DNA of 64,000 bases, from NCBI GenBank assembly GCA_965216875.1, contig OZ244207.1:7648001-7712000 (forward strand), in the 5' to 3' direction. Positions 40,198 through 50,424 of this stretch are shown here, piece by piece. Under the pieces are notes generated by a model. The model was given only the letters and a program-made list of their open reading frames with translations, ran no database searches and was not told the DNA's origin. The stretch is from Rubripirellula sp. GTDB taxonomy: Bacteria; Planctomycetota; Planctomycetia; Pirellulales; Pirellulaceae. The stretch's first letter is position 1, and every line of letters starts with the position of its first letter. Made by a program: the position numbers and the translations under genes.

Positions 40198-41871
40198 CTA
40201 TTCAGGTGCAACCGTCAACCAAAGTTGATCGAGCATCACCAGCGGTCGCAGTGTGAAGGTCGCCGTTTGCTCTGCGTCACGTTGGCTACCATCCTCTTCG
40301 AGCGGCACGGCAACGACTTGAAACGGTTGGTTGACCGCGATCGATTCCTTGGCCTCAAATTTCAATTTGACGGACTTGGCACTTTCACCTTTGGTCTCAG
40401 AAACCACCGCATCGACTTTAATCCCGTCGGGAAGTCCTCGGGCTTCGATTCGCAGCTTCTTTGCAAATCCATCGAAGCGGAGAATCGTGACGGTGACCTC
40501 GGCCGATTTCCCCGCCACCACTTTGAAGTGGTCGGCTGCGACCGTTGCCCCGAAGCTCGGTGCGGGTTCCTCGACGAGGACCGAGTACGCGACTCGTGGA
40601 CCATGGCCGTCAAGTTTGTCAGCGACAAGTATTTCGACGTCGGTGGCTTCCTTGGCAGTAAAGGCCAGGGAGGCATCGTATTTGTCGCGTGACTGATCAA
40701 TCGATCTGGCGAGATCTCTGGTCGAGACGTCGTCATTGCTGGCCAGGACTTTTCCAGAGGCATCGACGAGCTTCAAGCTGGAGTCGAATGGAAATCCGAA
40801 TCCGCGGGCAAAGACCGTCGCGCGTACTCGCTGACCCTTCTGAACCGAGAATGCCAGTCGGTCCGTTTCGCCGCGCGAACTGATATGGCCTGAAAAGACG
40901 ATCGGCGTTTCCAGTTGCGCGGGATCAGAGGGCTCGTCGTCAAATGCGAATTGGGCGTTCGCGATCGACTTGCACCATTGCCAACCAGGAAGGGACGCGG
41001 CAGTCAGGGTGGTGGGCGAGAATTCGGAAACGGAGTGATACCCCGACTTCGTCTTCTGTTCGGTTCCGGGGGCCAAATTCCAGCAGCTCAATCGCGGCGT
41101 TGGCTGCGGCTGGGAAGCGACGATCAATGGCAAAGCATGATCAAGCAAAGCATCGGTCGTCAGTTGCAGTGAGTAAAGGTACGACGCGGATCCCGAAAAC
41201 CCAATCGTGCTGTTGGGCGTTTCGGGGAATGCGAATAATCGAACGATCACGTCGGTGTCCGTTTCGGAACGGTAGACAATTTGGGGATCGAGTCCGATCT
41301 CGTCATCGGATTGCGTGAGCACGTTGCCACGCAGGTCACAGACCTGCATCACCGTATCCATTGGTGATTTGAAGACGCGATTGGCCGTGACGGATGCGAC
41401 GAGAGATTTCCCTGCGTTGATGTGAACTCGGAACGAATCGACTTCACCCGACCGATGAAGCTTGCCACAAATGACTGACGGCATCTCAACGACATTTGCG
41501 TCGTCGATCTTGTTGTTCGGTTCACTTTCTTGTTGGACGTCGAGATTGGAGACCACGATGGGCACAAGTGCTGACGCAGACTTGTCGTCGTGCAGGCGAA
41601 CCCAAGCCGTTCCCGACGCAGTGTTGGGCAAAACGCTGACCGAGAGCTTTCCCGATTCTTTCTGCGGTTCAACGGACACGCCAGGATGATCAACGACAAC
41701 CTTGGGCGGCCAATTGGGAAACTTGCCTTCGGCTGTCACGGTTGATTCGCTGGCTGCCTTGACGACCGGTGGGAAGAGCCGGTCGAACGTGACTTGAGCG
41801 TCCACGGTTGTGATGCCGCTGAAGATGATCAGAAAGGTGGCGCTGCAGAGACGGACTGAGAATCGTTTCAC
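40198..41871 (-). CDS. Secreted PPC (pre-peptidase C-terminal)-domain protein, partner of DUF1501/DUF1553
   Basis: ESEPNN, GEVDSF, SPMD, DPQI, GETDRLAF repeats; no catalytic protease motif seen. Confidence 0.82.
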   Translation of the reverse strand: MKRFSVRLCSATFLIIFSGITTVDAQVTFDRLFPPVVKAASESTVTAEGKFPNWPPKVVVDHPGVSVEPQKESGKLSVSVLPNTASGTAWVRLHDDKSASALVPIVVSNLDVQQESEPNNKIDDANVVEMPSVICGKLHRSGEVDSFRVHINAGKSLVASVTANRVFKSPMDTVMQVCDLRGNVLTQSDDEIGLDPQIVYRSETDTDVIVRLFAFPETPNSTIGFSGSASYLYSLQLTTDALLDHALPLIVASQPQPTPRLSCWNLAPGTEQKTKSGYHSVSEFSPTTLTAASLPGWQWCKSIANAQFAFDDEPSDPAQLETPIVFSGHISSRGETDRLAFSVQKGQRVRATVFARGFGFPFDSSLKLVDASGKVLASNDDVSTRDLARSIDQSRDKYDASLAFTAKEATDVEILVADKLDGHGPRVAYSVLVEEPAPSFGATVAADHFKVVAGKSAEVTVTILRFDGFAKKLRIEARGLPDGIKVDAVVSETKGESAKSVKLKFEAKESIAVNQPFQVVAVPLEEDGSQRDAEQTATFTLRPLVMLDQLWLTVAPE

Positions 41872-41877
41872 CAGTGG

Positions 41878-43212
41878 TTAGCCCATCAACTCGGAAATTG
41901 GCGTCGCGTCGCTGACCAAGTGAGTCGGCCTGCCTTCGGGGGTGTAAACGATCTTGCTGGGATCGATACCAAGTTTTCGATAGATCGTTGCAACAAAGTT
42001 CTCGGGGGAAAGAACACGTTCGACCGCGGCGTAGCCTTGGCGATCGGTTGCACCGATCACTTGGCCACCGCGAGTGTTGCCGCCAGCAAACATCACCGAC
42101 ATCGCGTTGGACCAATGGTCGCGGCCACCACGGTCATTGATCTTTGGAGTGCGTCCGAATTCGCCGAGCACGACGACCAGAGTACGCTCAAGCATTCCCT
42201 TCGCTTTCAAGTCCTCGATCAACGCGGCAACCGTTGCATCGACCGGTGGCATCTTCTTGTCAAACGACTTGAAGATGTCAGTGTGGTGGTCCCAGCCGCC
42301 ATGATAGAGCGTCACAAAGGGAACGCCGGCGCTGACCAAACGCCGGGCGAGCAACGCGCGTTGGCCGAATGGATGGCGTCCATACGCCGTTCGGATTTCG
42401 CCCGGTTCGCGGCTGATGTCAAACGCTTGCTGCGCCGTCGGGCTACTGATCAGTTGAAGTCCCTGCGCAAAAAAGTCGTCCGCAGCGACTGCCGGATCGC
42501 CCGCGGCGGCGTCGGTGATGCGCAGCATTTTGTCAATCTTGCTGCGGATCTTCTGTCGATCTTCAAACCGTGCATCCGTCAGTCCCGATGGGATGGTCAC
42601 GTCGCGAACTTGGAAGCTTGATCGGTTGGGATCATCGGGAACCACGAACGGGGCGTGGCGGGCGCCCAAAAAGTTGGGGCCGCCGCTGCGTGACATGCTC
42701 GGCATTGAAAAGTAGGCGGGAATGCCTTCCGGGGCACCCACTTCACTTGAGACAACGCTGCCGAGGCTGGGGTGGAAACTGACAAAGGCGCCACACCCGA
42801 CGGGGATCCGCGGCGGCGCACCGGTCATCATGTAATGGTTGCCGGCGCCGTGGTTGCCTTGGTCGTGGCGAATCGATCGAACGATCGCAAGTTCATCCGA
42901 GATGGCAGCGAGCCGTTTCATCGGCTGCGAAAAGTGAATGCCGGGTGTTTGCGTTGCGATCGCCGAAAACTCGCCGCGGATTTCAGCGGGTGCTTCCGGT
43001 TTGGGATCGAAGGTTTCGTAGTGGCTTGGTCCGCCATCGAGCCAAACCAGGATGCACGCATCGGCTTGCTTTTTGACGCTGCCAGTGGCCGACGTTGTCG
43101 CCGCCGAGGCTCGCAGTGCGCCCGACAATCCGCCTGAGACCAATCCGCCGAGACCGAGACGGAGTCCGTCACGTCGACTGATGCCTTCACAATTGAGTCG
43201 TTTTCTTCCCAC
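41878..43212 (-). CDS. DUF1501 family protein
   Basis: CEGISRRDGL, DGGPSHYETFDPKP, GWDHH, GEFGRTP, GRDHW. Start set at GTG 43212 to avoid overlap with the upstream gene. Confidence 0.92.
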   Translation of the reverse strand: MGRKRLNCEGISRRDGLRLGLGGLVSGGLSGALRASAATTSATGSVKKQADACILVWLDGGPSHYETFDPKPEAPAEIRGEFSAIATQTPGIHFSQPMKRLAAISDELAIVRSIRHDQGNHGAGNHYMMTGAPPRIPVGCGAFVSFHPSLGSVVSSEVGAPEGIPAYFSMPSMSRSGGPNFLGARHAPFVVPDDPNRSSFQVRDVTIPSGLTDARFEDRQKIRSKIDKMLRITDAAAGDPAVAADDFFAQGLQLISSPTAQQAFDISREPGEIRTAYGRHPFGQRALLARRLVSAGVPFVTLYHGGWDHHTDIFKSFDKKMPPVDATVAALIEDLKAKGMLERTLVVVLGEFGRTPKINDRGGRDHWSNAMSVMFAGGNTRGGQVIGATDRQGYAAVERVLSPENFVATIYRKLGIDPSKIVYTPEGRPTHLVSDATPISELMG

Positions 43213-43220
43213 AGGACCGC

Positions 43221-45455
43221 CTAGTTCTGGATGGAGAATTCGGGTGAATTGATCATTGCCCACATTAAGTCTTCGATCGCAACTCGGCGCTGGTCCACCG
43301 GTTCGATCAGGGCCGTTGCATATTCAAGTTCGACGTCGCTGGGACGCCGAGAAAAGACCAACAAGTAAACCTGTTCGACGATTTCGTTCGGCGGCATTTC
43401 GCTCGATGCAAGCTTTGCCGCCTTTCCTTTGTCACTTCGCAAGCGACGATCAAGCTCACTTGAATTCATCAAGTGCAACGCTTGTGTCACTGTCGAGTCG
43501 GGTGTCCGCTCACACGGCGGGTCTTGGTTTTCATTTGGACGCCCGAAGGTGTCGAGGAAAAGAGAATCAACTCGATGTGTCCAGACTTGATTCGCTCGTG
43601 ATTCAGGCGGCATCCCTTGAAGGGAGACGTTGGTCTCGGTCACATCCGCGATGGCATCCATCAACACTTCGGCTCGCAACCGATGGCGATAATGCCGCGA
43701 GTAGTTGATCCGATCGGAAACGTTCGAGGGAGTCGTTTCGCTACTGTGCGAGTAGACCCGCGAGAGCGTGATCGTTTTGAGCAGATGCTTTAGGTCGTAG
43801 TCGGATTCTTGGAACTCGCGTGCAAGTTCGGCCAAGAGTTTCGGGTTGCTGGGAGGGTTGGTGCTCCGCAAGTCATCGACCGGTTCCACGATTCCGCGAC
43901 CCATCAACGTCGCCCAAAGACGATTGACCTGAACCATCGCAAAGTATTCGTTGTCAGGTGACACCATCCACTCGGCAAGTCCCTGGCGCGGGTCGTTCGA
44001 CAGGTCTGTGGCATCACCAAAAAGTGGTCGCGGCGGCAGGACGGCGCCCGTGATGGGGTGCCTTACGTCGCCCTTTTCCGACGTGTAGATGCGTTCTTCG
44101 CCGCCCGAAATCGGCGGCGATAGTCCAGTTCCCTTCCGGCCCACTTTGGCAAAGAAAGCTGCAAAGGAGTAGAAGTCGTCTTGGCTCCATCGTTCAAAGG
44201 GATGATGGTGACACTTTGCACAATCAAGCCGAATGCCTAGGAACAGTTGGCTGACCATGGTGGCGACTTCATCAGGGCTGCGACGGTCTCGATAAAGAGT
44301 TGCGGCACCTGTTGTCCACGTACTTCCTTTGGCCGTGACAAGTTGGCGGACGAATTCGTCGTAGGGTACGTTTCGACGAAACTGATCACGGATCCAATTG
44401 TCGTAATTCAGGACGGCCTTGATACCGACGCGGTAGGGATTTGGACGCAAAAGATCGGCCCAATAGCCTGCCCAATGATCGGCGTATTCAGGGCGGTTGA
44501 GCAGCTCGTCAACGAGCAGTTCCTTCTTGTTCGGGTCGCTGCTGTCGATAAATGATGCTGCCTCCGAAGGTGTTGGCAGTCGACCGATCAAGTCAAGGTA
44601 GACCCGCCGCATGAAGACCGCGTCGGAGACGACGGGCGATGGAGCAATATCGAGCTTTTGAAGTTTGGCGTAGACCAAGTCATCGATAAAAGAATGTCGC
44701 GGCAGGTTTTCGAAGAGTTTGTCGGGAAGCGACTCGGGTTGCGGGATGACGACTTCGGCGACACAAATCTGATTCATGTACCGTGCCATCACAGCGGTTT
44801 CGCCACTGAGTTTGCCTGCAGTCAATTGCCCCGCGGCGTCAACGGCGACCACCGATTGGTCGTTCGAAAGGTAGGTGGTGAGCTTGGTGACATCTCGGAC
44901 ACTGCCGTCGCTGTAGTGCGCTGAAACTTGCAACGGCTGTGATTGGCCTGAGTTGAGCGAAAACTCGCTGCGTTCAAGCACGACCCGATCGAGTGTGGGT
45001 TCATCAGGAATCCGACGCGGTGCCCCCTGCTCGATCCACGACAACAGCACCTGATACGGCCCACTGTTGATTTCGATTTTCCGACCGCCGCCGTGCGGGT
45101 CTTGGGCCGTTGCTTTGCGAAGCAACAAGCTCTCTTCGGGAGAAGCAAAAAAGAGACGCCGGCCACGCGCGTCACCAATCACCGCGCGATGGTCAAAGTC
45201 AGAATCAAACGCGAGCAGGGAAAGTTGAAAGCCGTTTTGGCCACGCTGCTTGCCATGGCAGGGGCCCGAGTTGCAGCCGTGAGCGGTCAGGATGGGTTGG
45301 ACATCTAGCTCGAAGCTGATCGGGGCGTCATTGGAAGCGGGAGGCCCGGAGGGGGAAGCGGCATCGGTCGCCCGACTCGGCAAAACGCCAAGGACGCAAA
45401 GAAGCAACGGAAGGTAGGCGGGAAGGTTCCAGCGGGCGCAGTGCATCGCGAGCAA
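43221..45455 (-). CDS. DUF1549/DUF1553 protein with N-terminal CX4CH cytochrome-like and Ig-like domains
   Basis: SFELDVQPIL..GCNSGPCHG, SLLLRKAT..HGGG, RRVYLDLIGRLP, CAKCHHHP, RLRAEVL. Confidence 0.92.
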   Translation of the reverse strand: MLAMHCARWNLPAYLPLLLCVLGVLPSRATDAASPSGPPASNDAPISFELDVQPILTAHGCNSGPCHGKQRGQNGFQLSLLAFDSDFDHRAVIGDARGRRLFFASPEESLLLRKATAQDPHGGGRKIEINSGPYQVLLSWIEQGAPRRIPDEPTLDRVVLERSEFSLNSGQSQPLQVSAHYSDGSVRDVTKLTTYLSNDQSVVAVDAAGQLTAGKLSGETAVMARYMNQICVAEVVIPQPESLPDKLFENLPRHSFIDDLVYAKLQKLDIAPSPVVSDAVFMRRVYLDLIGRLPTPSEAASFIDSSDPNKKELLVDELLNRPEYADHWAGYWADLLRPNPYRVGIKAVLNYDNWIRDQFRRNVPYDEFVRQLVTAKGSTWTTGAATLYRDRRSPDEVATMVSQLFLGIRLDCAKCHHHPFERWSQDDFYSFAAFFAKVGRKGTGLSPPISGGEERIYTSEKGDVRHPITGAVLPPRPLFGDATDLSNDPRQGLAEWMVSPDNEYFAMVQVNRLWATLMGRGIVEPVDDLRSTNPPSNPKLLAELAREFQESDYDLKHLLKTITLSRVYSHSSETTPSNVSDRINYSRHYRHRLRAEVLMDAIADVTETNVSLQGMPPESRANQVWTHRVDSLFLDTFGRPNENQDPPCERTPDSTVTQALHLMNSSELDRRLRSDKGKAAKLASSEMPPNEIVEQVYLLVFSRRPSDVELEYATALIEPVDQRRVAIEDLMWAMINSPEFSIQN

Positions 45456-45606
45456 GGCGGCTGTGCAATGGGGAGGGAAGGATGGAGGGACCGAACCGGT
45501 TGGATTTGGTTCAGCCCTGCCATTCTAGCCATCCGCCAAGCGACGTGCCGTGCCCAAATTACGTGAATCAGGGCTCATTCAACGCAAAATGCTCGATTTT
45601 TCCGCG

Positions 45607-46311
45607 TTATTGGCCCGAGATCGCGTTTCGCTGCAGCTCGGTCAGTTCTCGAATGCCCTTTTTGGCAAGCTTCAAGAGTCCAGCCAGTTCGTCGTCATCA
45701 AACGTGGCTTCTTCGCCGGTCCCTTGGATTTCAACGAATCGACCGCCGCCGGTCATGATGACGTTCATGTCAACGTCCGCGGCAACATCCAGTTCGTAAT
45801 CAAGGTCGAGCTTGAGTTCGCCTTTGATGAGGCCAACGCTGATTGCGGCGACCGAGTCACTGAGTGGTCCGTCGCCCACGGTTGATCCTGGGACGGCGGC
45901 AGCGACCGCATCGGCCAGCGCGATGAATCCGCCAGTGATCGCGGCCGTGCGCGTTCCGCCGTCGGCTTGAAGCACATCGCAGTCGACCGTGATCATGTGT
46001 TCGCCCAACGCTTCCAGGTCGATCGTTGCACGCAGGCTACGACCGATCAAACGTTGGATCTCGGTCGTGCGACCATCGATCTTGCCACCGCGATCGCGCC
46101 GCTTTCGCGGGCTCGTGCTGCCGGGAAGCATGTTGTATTCCGCTGTGACCCAGCCTTTGCCTTTTCCTTCAAGCCATGGCGGCACTTTGGCTTCGAGCGA
46201 AGCGGTGCAGAGGACCATCGTGTTTCCACAACGGTACAACACACTGTGCGGGTTAGAGCTTAAGAAACCACGCTTGATTTCGACGTCACGAAGTTGGTCC
46301 GAGGCACGCAT
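45607..46311 (-). CDS. rph: Ribonuclease PH
   Basis: GWVTAEYNMLP, GRTTEIQRLIGRSLR, DCDVLQADGGTRTA, EIQGTGE. Confidence 0.97.
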   Translation of the reverse strand: MRASDQLRDVEIKRGFLSSNPHSVLYRCGNTMVLCTASLEAKVPPWLEGKGKGWVTAEYNMLPGSTSPRKRRDRGGKIDGRTTEIQRLIGRSLRATIDLEALGEHMITVDCDVLQADGGTRTAAITGGFIALADAVAAAVPGSTVGDGPLSDSVAAISVGLIKGELKLDLDYELDVAADVDMNVIMTGGGRFVEIQGTGEEATFDDDELAGLLKLAKKGIRELTELQRNAISGQ

Positions 46312-46361
46312 GCAATCGCTTTGACTTGTTGGAAAAGAGTCCTGGCACGTTTTCGCTGAAC

Positions 46362-47303
46362 TTAACTGGCGGCGACGTTTTCGTCGATCCACGATGGATT
46401 CAGCATCCAAACGAGCAGCCCCTTTTGGGCGTGCATGCGGTTGCCAGCTTGCGAGATGATGTCGCTTTGGTCACTGTCGATCACTTCATCGGTGATCTCT
46501 TCACCACGAACGGCGGGCAGACAATGCAGCACGCGCGCGGTCGAAGGAGCGGCGTCCATCAATGCTTGGTTGACTTGATAATCGGCGAACGCCTTTTTGC
46601 GCTCGGCCATTTCCGATTCCTGCCCCATGCTGGTCCAGACGTCGGTATAGATCGCATCGGCGTCGGCGACAGCAGCAGTGGCATCGCTGGTTTGCGCGAT
46701 TGCCGCACTGGGATAGTGCTGCTTCACACGTGCGATCCAATCGGCATCCATTTCGTAGCCATCGGGACAAGCGAGCGTGAAACGCATTTCGAGCATCGCG
46801 CAGATCAAGGCTAGTGAATGCGCGACGTTGTTTCCGTCGCCGACGAAAACCAAATGCCTGCCTTCAATGCTTCCAAACGCTTCTTGAATGGTCAGGACAT
46901 CGGCCATCGCTTGGCAAGGATGGCAAAGATCCGTTAGTCCATTGATGACGGGCAACGCATCGAAGGAGGCAAGTTGTTCGACGCGTGAGTGCGCTTTTGC
47001 GCGGCAAACGACGCCATCAACGAACTCGCCCAGCACGTTGGTGAAGTCAGAAGGTGATTCGCGTTTTCCCCAGCCGACATCTTCGCCCAAGAAAAGGCTC
47101 GAACCGCCCAGTTGCGCCATCCCCGTTTCGAAACTCACTCGCGTTCGCAGGCTCGGCTTTTCGAACAGCAACGCCAGTACTTGACGCTCAAGCACTGGCG
47201 GACGGTCGCCGTTGGCCAAACGTTGTTTCAAATGCGCAGCGGTCGCCAAGATGCTTCGCAGGTCGTCAGGTGTGATATCGAACAATGTCAACAGATGTTG
47301 CAT
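46362..47303 (-). CDS. argF: Ornithine carbamoyltransferase
   Basis: [33 protein letters not shown]. Confidence 0.96.
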   Translation of the reverse strand: MQHLLTLFDITPDDLRSILATAAHLKQRLANGDRPPVLERQVLALLFEKPSLRTRVSFETGMAQLGGSSLFLGEDVGWGKRESPSDFTNVLGEFVDGVVCRAKAHSRVEQLASFDALPVINGLTDLCHPCQAMADVLTIQEAFGSIEGRHLVFVGDGNNVAHSLALICAMLEMRFTLACPDGYEMDADWIARVKQHYPSAAIAQTSDATAAVADADAIYTDVWTSMGQESEMAERKKAFADYQVNQALMDAAPSTARVLHCLPAVRGEEITDEVIDSDQSDIISQAGNRMHAQKGLLVWMLNPSWIDENVAAS

Positions 47304-47452
47304 GCGATCAACCTCGCTTTCACTTCAGATGTGCCCAGACCATCGTGCAATCGGGTGCAGTTCAACAGAAACACCACCGTCAATACGCTTCAGGGTCACG
47401 CTCTCACTTACAAACTCAATTTAAAACTGAAACCAAATCCAAAACCAACCGC

Positions 47453-49210
47453 CTATCGGCTCAACTGTGCGGCGAGCCGTTCGATGTATTCCATTGCCTC
47501 GCCAAGTGCCTGCAAGACGGCATCGCGATCATCATCCGTGACCCGCGCGGGGATCTGCATTTGCAAACCGGTCTCGCCCGCCGCTTCGATTCGCAAGGCC
47601 CGCTTCGCTGCGGTGGCGACGAGTTCGACTGACGAGATGTCGGTTTCAATCCCAATGATGCTGCCGAGCACATGGACGTCGCGAACGAACTGAAATCCTC
47701 CGACCAATTCCGCTAACGCGACGGCAAAGTCTTGCATGTCTTCTTGTGCTGCGCTTGGCAGGTTCGCCTCGATCATTTCTTCGATCGTTGCCAGGGCGAT
47801 AGACGTTTGCAAAGGATGCGTCGCCGTGTCAACAACGTGGCCGCCGGCGAAGCGATCCTTGGCCAGTACGATGCCGCCCGCTGTGCCGCCGAAAAGGCCG
47901 GCCGACAAAACGACTGCGTCGACATCGATATCGCAGATCGACGCAAACGATAACGGGTGACCCGAGAGTCCAAGCCCAAGTCGTGTTTCGTCAATGATCA
48001 AGGCGGCGTTGTGCTTGTTACAAAGCTCTCGTGCCGCGCTCAGGAATTCAGGTTCGACCCGTCGGCAGGAGTCCTGGAAATCGACCGGCGAAAACATCAC
48101 CGCGGCGGTTTGGTCATCGATGCTCGCTTTAAGTGCATCGATGTCGCCGGCGGGGATATGGATGAATCCCGCCATCATCGGGCCATAGTCTTCCTGCAAT
48201 TCCGGTCTTCCGCTGGCAGTGCGGCCGACACCGGTTCGGCCGTGATCGCTTCCCACAAACGTGATCGTGCGATAGGCCGATTTGTGATTGCATGCCCGTG
48301 CGAAGTAGATTGCCGCTTCGATCGCGGCATCGGCCGAGTCGGTCACAACGATCGATTCGGCCTGAAAGGATCCCCGTCCGGCGAGCATGCGATTGATTGC
48401 GGCGAGCAGATCGCTGGGCCCGTCCACTTGGCGTTTGCCCAAGCCGGCCGAATCACCGAGGTAGTTTTGAGCGACTTGTGTGATCGCATCGGACACTGCG
48501 GGCGAAGAGAACCCAAGAGCCGAGACACGCCCGGCGAGTGCGTCGATGATTTCGTATCGGTCATCGCTGGGGCGTCGAATGCCAACGGGAGGACCGGCCA
48601 TCGGTTTCAAGACCGGTTCGATCTCGGCCAACTCTTCGAGGATGTCCGCCTCCGGCTGGATGACTTCTTCGGTGGCGTCGGAATCGGGCTTCGAAGATTG
48701 GTCGAGAGTTGCGACCTCGGGTAGCGGTTCGTCTTCGGAGTGGCTCTCGGATTGTTCGGCGGTGCTTGCTTCGTCATCCGTGCCGAGTTCACTCTCTTCG
48801 CTTTCGGCGCTGGGTGCTTCATCGAGTTCGTCGTCGAGCTCCTCGTCCTCGTCGAACTCTTCGTCGTCCTCTTCGTCGAATTCCTCGTCATCCGCTTCTG
48901 AGTCGAGGTCGACTGCTTCGTCGAGGTCGTCTACGTGCTCTTCTGTCTCGTCGTGCTCTTCCGTCTCGTCTTCGGCGAGTACTTCGTCTACTTCGTCGTC
49001 GACTTCTTCTTCGTACTCGTCGCTCTCGTCTTGTTCCTCTTCGTCTTCATCCCAGTCGTCCTCTTCTTCGTCGTCTGACTGGCCAACAACGTCTGCATCT
49101 TCTTCAGCGAGTTCTTCTTCGTACTCTTCGTCGTCTTCCCACTCTTGTTCTTCAACAGAGTCGTCGGATTCGTCTTCGAGTTCGTCGATGGGTTCTTCGT
49201 GATCGGTCAT
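47453..49210 (-). CDS. Degenerate class III aminotransferase (ArgD-like) with long acidic N-terminal extension; catalytic Lys absent
   Basis: HGRT, TAAV, LIIDE recognisable; AKGLGGG is replaced by SAGLFGG; lies between argB and argF. Confidence 0.85.
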   Translation of the reverse strand: MTDHEEPIDELEDESDDSVEEQEWEDDEEYEEELAEEDADVVGQSDDEEEDDWDEDEEEQDESDEYEEEVDDEVDEVLAEDETEEHDETEEHVDDLDEAVDLDSEADDEEFDEEDDEEFDEDEELDDELDEAPSAESEESELGTDDEASTAEQSESHSEDEPLPEVATLDQSSKPDSDATEEVIQPEADILEELAEIEPVLKPMAGPPVGIRRPSDDRYEIIDALAGRVSALGFSSPAVSDAITQVAQNYLGDSAGLGKRQVDGPSDLLAAINRMLAGRGSFQAESIVVTDSADAAIEAAIYFARACNHKSAYRTITFVGSDHGRTGVGRTASGRPELQEDYGPMMAGFIHIPAGDIDALKASIDDQTAAVMFSPVDFQDSCRRVEPEFLSAARELCNKHNAALIIDETRLGLGLSGHPLSFASICDIDVDAVVLSAGLFGGTAGGIVLAKDRFAGGHVVDTATHPLQTSIALATIEEMIEANLPSAAQEDMQDFAVALAELVGGFQFVRDVHVLGSIIGIETDISSVELVATAAKRALRIEAAGETGLQMQIPARVTDDDRDAVLQALGEAMEYIERLAAQLSR

Positions 49211-49291
49211 GTGGGTACCAGGATCCCGGAAAAGAACAAGAGTGGTGGAATGCGAGGCAAAGGTTCGCGCGATTGCTTGGGCGAATTGAAA

Positions 49292-50200
49292 TCAGCTATG
49301 GATTTCAGTGCCAACACCTTGGGTCGTGAAGACTTCGAGCAATAGTGAATGTCGCAATCGGCCATCGATGATGTGGATTTTGCGAACACCTCGGCCGAGC
49401 GTTTCGAGACAGGCTTCGACTTTGGGGATCATTCCTGAAGCGATGACGCCTTCTTCGATCAATTGTCTCGCTTCCTTCGAATCGAGCGAATGAATGATCG
49501 TCGAAGCATCCTCTTTGTCGCGGCGGACACCATTGACGTCGGAGAGGAAGACCAGCTTCTCTGCACCGAGGGCCTGGGCCACTGCCATTGCTGCTGTGTC
49601 GGCATTGACGTTGTAGAGCTGGCCGGCTTCGTCTTGGCACATCGAGGGGATCACGGGAACCTGGTCGGTATAGGTCAGCCCCTCGATCACTTGCCGTTCC
49701 ACTCGGGTCACGTGGCCAACGAAACCGAGATCATCTTCGGTCGGTAGCTTCTCGCCGTACAGCACGCCGGTGGTGTGGAAGGAGAGGTTCATCGCGCGAC
49801 CTCCAAGCCGCTCGATTTCTTCGGTAAGAAATTCGTTCAGCTCTCCTGCCAAGACGCGATTGACGACATCGAGGGTCTTGTCGTCCGTCACTCGGCGACC
49901 ACGAATGAAATTGGGCTCGATGCCAGCCTGTTCCATGGCTCGGCTAATCGCTTTGCCACCGCCGTGAACAATGACCGGTTTCATGCCGACCGATTCCATG
50001 AAGATGACATCAAGCAGGATGTGCATCAGCGCTTCCTCGTCATCCAGGACGCTGCCGCCAAGCTTGATCACGGTCGTCGTCCCCCTGAATCGCCGAATCC
50101 AACCCATCGCTTCAATCAAGGTATTGGCTTTGGCGATCGCTTCATCCACGCTCAGGTCTCCTAAGGCGCTGGCAAGCCCGGCCACGTCGGTCAATTGCAT
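49292..50200 (-). CDS. argB: Acetylglutamate kinase
   Basis: [41 protein letters not shown]. Start uncertain. Confidence 0.96.
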   Translation of the reverse strand: MQLTDVAGLASALGDLSVDEAIAKANTLIEAMGWIRRFRGTTTVIKLGGSVLDDEEALMHILLDVIFMESVGMKPVIVHGGGKAISRAMEQAGIEPNFIRGRRVTDDKTLDVVNRVLAGELNEFLTEEIERLGGRAMNLSFHTTGVLYGEKLPTEDDLGFVGHVTRVERQVIEGLTYTDQVPVIPSMCQDEAGQLYNVNADTAAMAVAQALGAEKLVFLSDVNGVRRDKEDASTIIHSLDSKEARQLIEEGVIASGMIPKVEACLETLGRGVRKIHIIDGRLRHSLLLEVFTTQGVGTEIHS

Positions 50201-50424
50201 ACTTGATCTGGTCCGGGTGCGAGAACTTATTTTGGGGTGCAAACGCCGCAAAAACGCCGATTGGCAGCCCGCTTTTCGGGAACGGAAAAACCGATCAATT
50301 TAGAGAGGCCCGCTGATAGGGTCAATTGAAGTCACGATTTCCTGGCGATTCAGTCATCAATCGGACTTCAGCTAAGATGAATATTTGGTGAATTGAGACT
50401 TCGGAACACTGGGAAACGCCTCGG

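Noticed and set aside
43213..43263. 43-bp overlap between the DUF1553 and DUF1501 genes
   Set aside because: It disappears if the GTG at 43212 is the start, which gives a typical N-terminus.
48480..49202. Poly-Ser ORF on + strand (also the Arg-rich ORF 48709-49329)
   Set aside because: Antisense shadows of the Asp/Glu-rich codons of the ArgD-like gene.
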